64,000 nucleotides of DNA from Tubiluchus corallicola (lineage: Eukaryota; Animalia; Priapulida), in contig JAQGDQ010000358.1 of the NCBI GenBank assembly GCA_030141605.1, positions 178,544 to 242,543 of the forward strand. Reading direction: 5' to 3'. Of this stretch, positions 46,255-59,724 are shown in pieces. A program made the translations under genes and the position numbers. A model generated the notes under the pieces. It was not told where the DNA came from, ran no database searches, and saw nothing but the letters and a program-made list of their open reading frames with translations. The first letter of the stretch is position 1, and each line of letters begins with the position of its first letter.

Positions 46255-46683
46255 CAGAATCGAATTATGACCTTTTGGGGCTCCTGGGCTAATGAAATTA
46301 TGGGGCCCCTCAGAAGAGGCCGCCCTCTAATTTACTAGCACTCGTCTCGAACATTTTTTTTTATTTGTGATATATTTCAGCAACATTTGCATAGCTAGAG
46401 CTCTCTACTTCAAATAAAGTGTTTCAAAGAGGGGCCGATGTCTCAAATAAAGGGCTCAAATAAGGGCCCTTTGCCTCAAATAAAAGGCCTCAAACACGGA
46501 TCCTTTATTTCAAATGAGGAGCCACCTTAAAATTGGATTTTCAGACTCCTTGGCCTCCTTTTTAAAGTTGAAATTTTATTTTAAGTTATATGAATTATTC
46601 AGCAATGCAAAGTAATGAGACCCTCCAAGCTTGAAGGGTCCTAAGCTGCAGCCTATATTAGCCTACAGGGTAATCCAGCCCTG
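46255..46683. mobile_element. Degenerate hAT-like MITE
   Basis: Right end TAATCCAGCCCTG, decayed left end CAGAATCGAATTA, GGGGCCCC subterminal motifs, internal TCAAATAA repeats, partial 8-bp TSD (tgtacagt/cgtacaac). Confidence 0.5.
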
Positions 46684-47822
46684 CGTACAACTCTCCATAC
46701 ATGAACGTTTTTCTGAGTATGCCCTTGTATTACGAGTTCAAATGCTTCACAAATTCAATTTTTTGTTTGCTATATACGCAGGTAATGCTAAATTTTTCAC
46801 AATAATTTTAAATTTTTAGAACGGTGTAAAGCTGGGATTACATAATAATAAGATAATACTTATATCATCTCAGTCCTATCATCACATCATACAATCATTT
46901 ATCCTAGTATACATTTATTTTTATATACCGCTGTACGAATAAACATAGGAAATACATATACTTGCACACATGTAAAAGTAACAACTTATCATAAGGACAT
47001 ATCAACTCCAAGCAATACGCTAGAATGATATGAGTAAGCTAACGTGTATCGCATTTTATATGTAATAATAACCCCACAGAAAATTTGCTTTCCTGTTTTA
47101 CCACGCATAAGCAATTTCACTCACTGGGGAGCTTTAGCGGCGTAAAAATTGCATGTGTCATAAAAAATAATAATAAGGTCCTCACAGAGTTAATCCACGG
47201 ATAATTTGAAAAATCTCTTCAACCAAATTAGATAATTATTAACAGAAAGTTCAATAATTTACTTTAATAACAAGATCACAGAAATGAGCTGTTGATGTTG
47301 ATGTTGCTGCGCGACAAACAGAGCAAAAGCGTATTTCTAGGTAAATAAGAGTAACAATTGTTGTTTACTTCTGCAAAACAAGCGTATATAAGTAAACTTA
47401 GTCAGTGTGAATAGGACTTGAATTAATGAATAAACTTGACTCAAATCGTGTCAGTGTTGCTAGGTTTTAAGTAACTAGTCTGAATAAACCAACTTTAAGT
47501 AACTAGTCTAAATAAACCAACTCTAACACCAAAACCAAGTGAATAAATATACTAAAAGTAAACAGAGTTTAAAAACTGTATGAATGAACTGTCCCTGCGT
47601 GAATAAGGTTGGCGTAAATACCCCTATTGAAGCAAACCATCTCAGTAAACCAACACAGTGTAAATATGTCCAGGATAAACCATTTTAATACACGATCTGG
47701 ACCCTTCGCTTCACTATAGTTACCAATAAACTGTCAGAGTGTAAATTAGTTTGAATATACCACGTGGGTCAGCCTTCTTAGTGTGAATAGAATAAACAAA
47801 ATAAAATCAAAAGCAGACTTAC

Positions 47823-47907
47823 CATACACAATACTACAGCAATACTGCCATACGTTGTTGCATATGTCTGGGGAATAGGCGCATATTCTATCCACACAAG
47901 TTACCAT
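47823..47907 (-). CDS. Candidate alternative first coding segment of aPKC (exon 47823-47964)
   Basis: Strong TTTGCAG acceptor and GTAAGT donor. ACAATGG start gives MVTCVDRICAYSPDICNNVWQYCCSIVYG, in phase with the 42906 exon. Confidence 0.4.
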
Positions 47908-48074
47908 TGTCTTTTCGTATAAACGACGTAGAAAACACCATTAAAATCCCATCAAGCGATGAATCTGCAAATTAAAACAACTTATCTTAACTGATGATAA
48001 AATGGTGATGTTTTTCAACAAAGTCAAAATTAAAAATTAAAGAATTATACAGTTATACACTTGCGACATTAGTG

Positions 48075-48235
48075 TTGTTTGTTTGTTTATTTGCGTGTGT
48101 TTTTGTTGTTTGTTTGCTTGCTTGTTTGTTTGCTTACTTGTTCTTTTATTGTATGTTTGCTTGTTTGTTTGCTTACTTGTTCTTTTATTGTATGTTTGTT
48201 TGTTTGTTTGCTTGCTTGCTTGCTTGTATGTGTGC

Positions 48236-48294
<59 letters not shown>

Positions 48295-48480
48295 TTTGTT
48301 TGTTTGTTTGTTTGTTTATTAGTTAGTTAGTTAGTTTCTTTGTTTTGTTTGTTTGTTTCTTTGTTTTATTTGTTGGTTTGTTAGTTAGCTAGCTGTCTGG
48401 TTTGTTAGTTGGTTTACTAGTTGCCTGCCTGCCTGCTTGCATATTTGTTTACTTGTTTGTTGGCTTGTTGACTTGTTTTT
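48075..48480. repeat. Compound (GTTT)n/(GCTT)n/(GT)n/(GTTA)n microsatellite
   Basis: Directly visible. Confidence 0.95.
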
Positions 48481-50202
48481 ATTTATTTTATATATTTGTT
48501 ATTTATCTCTTTACACAGCGGGGCGCTTTGTAAATCACCCAGAAGCGTTTTCCCGGTAATCACTTATCCATTAGCTAACTGGCCAGGCATTGTTTAACTA
48601 TACAGCAAAGCACATCGTGACATTTCCCATCAGTGTTGTAATAAGTTGCAACGTAATCACTTTTCAAATTTCATAAGCTATTTGTAACCAAACTATATTG
48701 TTTGTAAGTATTGTTGTTGCTGCCGCCGCTCCTGCGGCAAATGTTTTGGTTGCTGTTGCGATCGTGACTGTTGTCGATGTCGCTGTTCAACAAATACAGG
48801 CTGCCTAACATGAGTCACATGCTGTCACATTATTCAGGTCATCCTGATAAATTTATGCTGAAAATGCAAGATTGCCATTTCATTTAAATACAAACAGCCT
48901 AATTTTGAAAACCGCTGGCAGTAAAACTAATTTCACAATTTAGATGTGCACTTATCAAGCCCATCACGTTTTTAGAAATGTCATGTGTATCACAGGCAAG
49001 TGTTTATTTTGTCAAGGTGAGAAGATAAACTTTTCACGAATAAGCTGACGCGTTGCTAAAATTTTAAACCAAAGCAAAGTCAAGAGAAGCCTTCCATTTT
49101 AGTACGCATGGAAGTGTTGAAACAGTGCTTAAATGATTGCATGATACGATACGCGATTAATGTGATCTGAATATCGGTTATTCCTCAGTAATTAATCGCG
49201 ACGTAATTCACGGCCGATAGTAAGTAGCGCAGCGATTCGCTACTCAATGGTGATTCTTAGCGCTATAGAAGGAAAATCGGTGTATTTTAGCTCACATGCT
49301 TTACTATAGTGAACTAATTAAATCTTCACTGTTTCTAGCAAGATTATTATCCTCAGCATCACTTGTGTCTGTCATAGGAAAGCGAGAATCTGTAAACCAA
49401 GACAAGTAGGCAAAATCCTTATTTTCAAAGCTTGCTAGATAAGAAAAGCATCTAGGATATTTTGCCAAAATTATTTGTCATTTATTAATTAATAAATCAA
49501 TAGACTGATAAATTAATATTTAAGTAATTAATACTATTTAATGATTTGTTAGAACTTACAATCAGTAAAATGCATATAAACACGTCTTTAAATGTGTAAA
49601 AATACATGATTTCGTGTCCATGCGGATTATCTTTGAAACCAAACACAAACTGATCTGTAGCCAGCGAATAATGTTTAAAAATACGTAAGTAGAAGACTTG
49701 CAGTAAGTGGAGAGCGCAATGATTGTCGGTCTATGTTTTTCTGTTAATTCTTTTTTATCACTGATACTTTTATGTGAGAGAACGAATCGTCAGCACAGAA
49801 GCCTAAAAGCTGTCATGTAAACAGTTACGAACAAAAAAAGTACATTAATACCAGAAGGTAAAAATGCTGCATGCCTATCCATGACATAATTACAACGTTA
49901 CGCTGTTCGGCACTGGTGTCAGCAATTCTTGAGTTTCTACGAGCTAATTGTTGGCTTTTGTTGCATTTGTAACACCTTCATTACACAGTAACATTTGTTT
50001 TCTCTAAAATCATGCATTCTATTTTACTAATTAAAAGGTTATTCGTAAACGTCAGCTCTTCTAGAACAGATATACTCATCAGATTCGGATTTACCGCATT
50101 ACAATTTTATCTGGCAATAGAACGTTTGGCTTCGTTTCACACGTAACTTTTCCCCGCCTCTTCCAATCCCAAAATGCATGGTTTGTTTAAATACGTACTC
50201 AC

Positions 50203-50289
50203 ATTTGTGAGACAACTTATTGCCAGCACTTTATTGTTTTCTTTTTCACATTCTTTAAGAGCCAGTTTATCAGAAGATCTTTTGCGCAT
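50203..50289 (-). CDS. Candidate first coding exon of aPKC
   Basis: MRKRSSDKLALKECEKENNKVLAISCLTN followed by a GTGAGT donor, phase 0. Confidence 0.3.
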
Positions 50290-52068
50290 CTTTGGTTGTT
50301 GTTCGCAAGTTAATAAAAGCGCTTCTAGTCCTATCTGCTACTATTTTAAATTTATTATTTCCTTGACACAGTCTTTCCCAACGTTAATCGAACATTCTGC
50401 AGATCTACGCTGAATCTTGTGTAATTATAACCGTAAAGTATGTATACCTGCCCTTACGATTAGTAAGTTAAATGGACTAAACTTATTACGCTATCACAAT
50501 AGTATGTCACTATAAGAATGTCAGTATTAATTATAATTATTATACAATTTTGTATTAGTAGATCTGGTACAGCCTATTATTTCTGCGGCTAACCATGCGA
50601 TATTCACACATAGAACTGGAAACATGAAAATCGATACATAAGGCTTTTTACGTCTCGTGTAATCTCATTGATCGACATTTATAAATCTGAAGTGTGAAGT
50701 TCAAAACTGTGAGACACGATCATCATGAAACGTGTAACGATTGTCTGGTGAGTTTCCCAAGGAGCTTCGATTTCCATTCACTAAATTTTGCTGCATTCGC
50801 TAGTGAGTAAGCTTTATCAACACAAAATTGGCAGAGATTACGCTTATAATCAGAGATTTATAGGGATGTGGAAAGAGTGTGAAAGCAGAGAATAAAAAGG
50901 ATCTGTAGAGGATGCTAAAGAGTTAAAAAAGGAAAGCGCTACCAAAATTGTTTAAAAAGACGAAAATGGTTTGTGCTGAAACAGTTTCTCCAAGTCTCAT
51001 ACACATTTTAGTGTAATCCATTTTCACTGATCTGTTACGTTAAGTTGTCATTGGATCCATGCGAATATTTCTGCGCATCGTCCACACCACTAAACAAAAT
51101 GTTTTAGCTCTAGCCCTACCTAAGCATTTACGAGTTAAACTCATTGTTAGTTCAAATAGTGTGGAGGACAGCTCATAGTTAAACAATCAAAAATACATTT
51201 AAAAGGGGTTAAATAATTGAACTTAGACTGAAAAATTGAGTTGCACTCAAGAATATATTAAACTCGGTAATTTACATCGATTTTCATATGCTTCGCTCCC
51301 TCCCCTGGATTTCATCAGTTGTGTAGTAACGATGTATGTATGATACTTGATATCGCAAAGTTCTCTGCTGCAACCAAGTTTATAGTGATTAGTGAGTGAC
51401 TATAGCCAGTGGCTACCGACTATACACAAGTCCGTTCATAAATTGATGCATTCTACTTTATAGCAGAAATCGTTGCCGATCAATGTCCACTTTCATGCCA
51501 GTTGCCATTTAGTGAACTGTAGCTTCGGTGCCAATATTCTTCTTCACACATGCCATTAATTATACGTACAGGTGGTGTAATATCGGATTCATAACATGTG
51601 CTAGGCACTAGTGGATGATTGGGTTTCCAATTTAAAAGCGCTGGAAAGGTAGTATAGGTCATGGTGGTAATTGAAGCCCATTAACAAAGTATATGGGTTA
51701 ATAATAATGTAGCTGACATCCGGGCATTTTTATTAATGAATGATCAAGCCAGCTACTAAAGCTCGTTTTAGAATACCTCATTTTGCAAGTAAGTAAGACG
51801 ATAAAGCAATTTTCACTGTGAAACTGGGAACAGAAGTAATGGAGCGTTTAGCATTTGACACAGTAAACCAGACAGAACCAAAGACATCATGGCTGACTAT
51901 CCTACCAAATTTCAACTCAACTGGATAGAAACTTTTGGAAATGGTCAGGTGTGAGGTTATTTAAACAACTCTAATTAAGTAATTAATTAACGACGAATTG
52001 CACAAATTTTCTGCCCTGGACCAAGAGCATCCTAACTAATTGTCGCACCAAATTTCAGCTAAAATTCG

Positions 52069-52091
52069 TCGACGACTACGACGACAACAAT

Positions 52092-52178
<87 letters not shown>

Positions 52179-52335
52179 AGCAACAACAACATCAACAACA
52201 GTAGCAGTAGCAGCAGCAACAGCAACAGAGACAACAACAGCATCAACAGCAACAGCAACAACATCAACAATAACAACAACAGCAGCAGCAGCAGCAACAA
52301 CAACAACAACAACAACAACAACAAAGACGACAACA
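52069..52335. repeat. (CAA)n/(CAG)n compound microsatellite
   Basis: Directly visible. Confidence 0.96.
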
Positions 52336-53685
52336 AACACAAATACTTTTGTGGCTTAGTTAGGTTTATAGGCAGGTTGTGCACTGTGCAGAACACCACA
52401 TTTGATGCATTCTACAGGTATTATCTAGGAAGACTATAAATATCACAAAAAAATTTTAGGGAGAAGGGACTAGGAACACGATGTAATGCGCATGTGTACG
52501 TGGCTATAAAGCAATGCATTTGTGTACAACAAACAGCATGAAGTTAAAAATACAGGAAAATTCAGCTTTGGCAAAGCTGTGAGAACTCAAACAAATATTA
52601 ATATATTTGAACTGGCAAGAAAAACAGGGCAATCATCCATCAGATGTCAAAGACATCTGTAGCTCAGTTTACTTGTAATATTCAGTTAACTGTATTGACT
52701 GTCACTGGGCTTAATCAAAACACTGTAGTCATTTTGTATCTTCCATCAAGCTTCTTAGGTTTTTATAAATTTAATCATCGTTTGCGGGGCAGGCCACACT
52801 TATCTTCCCGTTCGCTTCGGTGAAGTAGTACTGAGGACAAGACATACGACTCGTCGATTTACCGCCCAAAGAAATGCATCAAATTCGTGCTGCTTTAAAA
52901 TTGGCCTCCAGTAGAGGATGGATTGATCAGTGGGCGAGTATTGACTGTTTTCATTACTGACGTTCAATCCTGAACGTTCTATTCATCAACAGCACCGTTA
53001 GCAGTTATACAAACACCATTCGGCCAATGGTCAATGATATTATTACAACCTCAAAAAACATCAAAACCGCTAAGGCGCAGTCAAATTTTAATTATTTTGA
53101 CTGGAAACTGCAGACTGACCCGGTTAACAAAATGTTTTGCTGTACGCCTTCATTTCCATCATTAATAAATTAATTTGCTCGTTTACAATTAAGACAGTCT
53201 GTGTGGCGTGCGTATAAAGCTAAAACTGAGACGGCATTACGGAGTTTCATCATTGTAAATTATGTAAGATCCGGGTTTACGGGCAAATTCAAAATCCATT
53301 ATTGCTTTTTTGGACAGGTGCTTGAAGTGTTTATTAATACTAAACGATGTGAGCTATTAACCCTGAATAGCATCAGTCTTCGTAGTTCAAACTACGGGAG
53401 AAATGATTAATTTACCTAGTCATTCTCATTATATATGCCACGTCAACCGCCTAATGTCTGGTAATCATTATTTACTTGCAATCATTAATGATTAATAGTT
53501 TTTCCATTTTCCCGTAAATATTGTTTATGATAATGATTTTGCCCACTGACAAAGATAGACAGCTGTTACTGCTCACTATCTTAGGCCTTATATTAGGTGA
53601 GTGTATCTTTGGTCGCACAGATCCATATACGAAGTTTAGTAGCGCCATGAATATCATACAGTTTCAGAATGTAATTTATTTAAAT

Positions 53686-55105
<1,420 letters not shown>

Positions 55106-56428
55106 ATTTAAATTAACCTTCATCATCAAATTCCAAACTGTTCTTTAGCACCTGACGTAAAAGTAAAACACAAAGCTGTTTTCGTAGTCATATAACATCA
55201 GATAATGTGGTCACGTTACGCAATGTTCTACACTCGTAATTTATAGTTCAGCGTGACAAATTCCGAAAAAAGACTGAAACAATACGTTTAGTTATTGGTT
55301 GAATACACAAATAAACCACTTACGCTAACCATCTCAATTTTATTTCTTTTAATAAAAACATTCAATGTTCATACATAGGCCTAGTAAACATAATTACTAT
55401 GTATAGTAGCAAATTAACTACAAAGCGTCAATAAAGCCGCGTCGTATTTTAGTGACTTTCTTACCTTTGTGATTTATAAACTTCGCTTTCTATATTAGAA
55501 CGCACACACGACAGGCGGACATCTGTGCCCTCTTTCAATAATAAATATCATCAACAAGAGCTACAGAAAAATTGCCACAGGAATTGCTAATTATATCGAC
55601 TGACAAATGCACGTTAAGGACGTAAAATCGCGCTTGTGGAAATCGGATTCGAGGAGGTACCTGGCTTCCAACACTTTCCACCCTTTGTTCATTTGCCCAT
55701 CAAGCATGCATATGCGCACATCTGCTGCATGTGTGTATACAGTCTACTCAAGCAATACCTATTGTGTCCACAAGGCAGTACAATCGACCGAGACGCTAGC
55801 GTGTAGTTAGAAATATCTAGGGAGCGTGATCGATGATTGCTCTCCTTGAAGCCATGTGGCGCGCAGCCTCCGCTTTTGTGGTCACGTGATAACTTGCAGT
55901 ACTTCTTTTGTAGTTTCAGCGAGTAGTGGGACAGAAACAATAGAAGAGAGGTAATACGTATTGACCAGGTATTACATTGGCAATATGCACCTACTGTAAC
56001 ATGTCGTTGTCTTGTTATTACATCCCAGAATCCCTTTATTACGAATTACTTGCTAATGTTTCAAGTTTAATTCAGGGAGGAAAAACGAAATCTTTCATAA
56101 TCATGTTATGTTGTGTAGTGTATGAACCATGTTAGCCACAATGACGTTTGCTTTTATTTAGAATCACTGAAATGCTTTTTTGCCTGCATTTCTCAAGTTT
56201 GGTGTTGAATTTAGGAAAGATCACTGTACTGTGTAAAAAAAGCTCTGATAATCCAGCCGATGTCAGCGCCATCCATCGTGCTTTTCAGCAGTATTTAAGA
56301 TAAGTTTCTGCTAACAATTTTAGAGACTTTAGACTGTGATCGTGGTTTGGCGTCTATAGGCCTCAGGCTATTAGGGACACGGTAACCGATTCCGACGGGT
56401 GACTGGCTACTTTCTTAATTGCACCAAG

Positions 56429-56552
56429 CCAATATCCACGGCTATATATATAAGCGAATTCTAAGTTCACGGTTTAATGTTGTGCGTCATTAGCAGTTTA
56501 TTTCGCTTGCTTTCAGGACGTTTCGTATTAGGATGTCCATTTTTCATTCTTG
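56429..56552 (+). promoter_or_regulatory. Candidate SLC26 core promoter and non-coding first exon
   Basis: CCAAT at 56429, TATATATATAAG at 56443, GTAAGT donor at 56553. The ATG-bearing exon at 59692 needs an upstream exon. Motif evidence only. Confidence 0.3.
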
Positions 56553-59500
56553 GTAAGTTTAACAACAACATAAGCAGCGTTTCGCTTTTTGGTTGTTAAT
56601 CGATAAGAAAGATAAATACATCACGTGTACAGCGAAATACTTGGAAAACAAACGTGACAGTATACATCTTATTAGAAAAGATAATCATAAAAATTTGTTG
56701 GCTGCGAGAATTTATTATGAAATGGTAAAAGCAGTCTGCAGCCTGTAAAAGGTATTGTAAAAGGACTCGAATAATTCCATTAATTAAATTCTGTTCATTA
56801 ACAAGTAATAATGACTTATCCTGTAACTGACAAATTCAGGTCCAAAATATTAAACAGTTAAACCTCTTTGTTAAAAACCTCAGCTTCCTCTAATCTACAA
56901 AACTGATGGGGCGATCACCTGGCATTATTTTACTTGAAAAAGAGAATTATTTCTTTTATAAATTTAACCCTACAGCAAATGAAGATGTGCGTTCCATCAA
57001 TAGTAATGCCAAACAGAATTTTTGTAGGCTTATACTTTCTTGGTTCATTTTTTTGAAAGTAAAAATTGATAGGTTTGGGATTCAGGAGGGTCTCTTTACA
57101 ATATAATTTCCCTTCAACGCTGGTACTACTGATCACATTTCGCATCATAAATTTGTTGATGAAATCTATGTGGGCGGATTTATTCACGAAGCATCTTATG
57201 AAAATTCTTACGAACGTGTTAGTGAATCCAGCCCCTGATCTAATTTGGATCTTACTTTGCAGCGTTGTATCAATAAGATATTTGATACCTTAGTTATTTC
57301 GATGTAAAACGAGTATTAGCTACGATATTGTTCGACGAAATTTGTCGTTGAGGAGGTCGCTAATCGCATTATGGCATGTTGTTCAGAACCGCTTCGGATG
57401 ACGTAAAACATAACGAATTTCGAAGATAACCCATGTTACGATAGAAGCGATCTGCTTTTCACCAGCAGTATGTGATTGGAAGTGGTGCTGTTAAGTTTAG
57501 TGTGGGATCATAGTCGGATTTTGATTTTTAGTTGAATTCGTACTTTTGTATATTCCAGAATTATGAGCAGTAAAAATTAAACTAAACTACGTGGGACGTT
57601 CGCACTTGCTCGACTTGCCTGTGTACCGCGGCTCAGCGTCGCGTACCCCCTTGGCATGAGTATCTCTTTGTGCAGCGTAGCACAACATCTATGTGCCCCC
57701 TCCTTGTGTACCGCTTCGTAGAACATGGCGAGCAGTGTTGTTGGGTAGAAGAGCCATTACGTAACGCCACTGTTAGTCACTAGTAAAAAACCGATAGTAG
57801 CGCTGGAATGGCACGCGACTTTGAAAATAAGTAGCGGTAAATTGTAATTTCACTCCATTTTTAAGTAGTGCTGTTTTGTGCCACACCCCCAAAATTCAAT
57901 TAACACAAGCTGTACAGGTAATTGACTGCACTTAATAAAGTAAAATGTTACCGCTCTGCTCTGTTAGACTTATGATACATGCATTGTAGTGTACTAATTA
58001 AGTGCAGTCAATTTGAAATTGAATTTATGATCCCGGTTGTACGTTCTGAGTCTTCTTGAGTAATCACATTTCTACAATTTCAGCTATTCTTGTCTAGAGT
58101 TTTCCCTCAGCTTTTTGATAGCAGAATAATGCAACTAGTTCATTTCATTTAATATTGTTGTGAACTTAAAGGATTACACATACATTATGACTACTTCATC
58201 TAAACTTCAAAATTGAAAAACTGCTTCCAGAATTTGGCATCCCCATAACTTGGCACAATAAGCAACTGCCTAATTTGCCTAATCCCTGCCGGCCTTGAAT
58301 ATTAGTCAAAGATTAACGCTTATGGCAACAAAAAAAGCAGTACCAGAATCGGGATTTTCAACCAGTTTTTTACGGGTATTTTAGTTTGGGAAATCTCAAA
58401 AATGTCTGTAGGGAAGATATCACACAGATAATGATTATTGTAGAACTGGTAAAATGAGAAGGCCAAATCAGAATTGAGAAATATCACATCCCAATTTCAT
58501 CAAGAAAACGTTTGCTTTAGTGGCTCTGAAAATGTGAACCTTAGAGAACACATATGACAGTAGAGCTGTATGGGAGCATACACGTAGCACTAATCCTGAA
58601 CTGAATTTGCCCTGATATTTACAGCTTTGTCATTATACAGTATCTTCGGATTTAAATGTATATGCATGCAATTGCATGTATTTCTTCATTTGTTGAAACT
58701 ACATAGATCGTGAAATAATAGTGTAAATCTGGATGCAGGCTAGATATGTGTATTGGTGCTAATTTGCCTCTAAGCGTAGATGTTTTTTCACAAACTTCGG
58801 AGGTTTTGAGGTCAGAAATTACCAGTTTTTACTACAGTTGGTTAAAAGAAAAGTGTAATTTTTTTGATACACATATTGATCAAAATAATACCATCAATAT
58901 CACATTTTTTCAATTTTTTTAACATTCCATTATTTTCATTTGAACCACATCATTCATACTGACATGTTTTTGCTTAATAGCTTTTTTAGACCATAGACCA
59001 AGCACACATGTTATACTTGCATTATGGCTTTTGTAAAACTTTTACTACTGTCTATAACCATGTTGTATATGAACTTTAGATTGAAAGTCCTAAAGATAAC
59101 CTGTCCTACTGCATTTGCTTAAACACTCAGCTTTGCAGTTACAGTGATAAGTGAACGGTGTTCGCTTGTAACTGCTGGCACATCTAGGCTTGCTTATATA
59201 TTAACTACAAAGATTATTTCAAGGTCAATACATATTCTTTTTAATTGTTCTCACTTTAATTTATTAATGACATAGCTATATTATTGTGCAGTACAAATTT
59301 ACTGAAATGAAAATTAAAATTTATTAGAACCCAGAAAATGAATGGTTAAGACATTTAGTAGTTTGCTAATGGAAAGTTTCAGGGTTCAGGTGTGCATAGA
59401 TGAAAACCCTAATTCAGGAAATGTTTCATAATTACTTTGTCATTAATTAACAAAGCTACATTTTTTGCAAATGCTTTGCTTTAGCTGTCATATAATTAGA

Positions 59501-59724
59501 GTTACTCAAGTCAAAAAGCACAAAAGCTTTGTCATATTTTGTTAAGCACCAACTTTTTATTTTTGGACACTTGCCAGCTTCATGCATCACATACCATGCT
59601 TCTGATGACACAGTTTCTCATTCTGTTATTCTGCTATTTGCATATTTGATTAGCATAGTGACTACTTACTTAACCGGTGTTTCTGTTTCAGTGAAGGCCT
59701 CACATATGCTGCTTGAAACTTACA

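Noticed and set aside
51480-51662. 60-aa minus-strand ORF with protein-like composition
   Set aside because: No recognisable motif or convincing splice sites.
57600-58300. Isolated hAT-like ends (ACGCCACTG; GCCTAAT..GCCGGCCTTG)
   Set aside because: No matching partner TIR or TSD found; at most old MITE debris.
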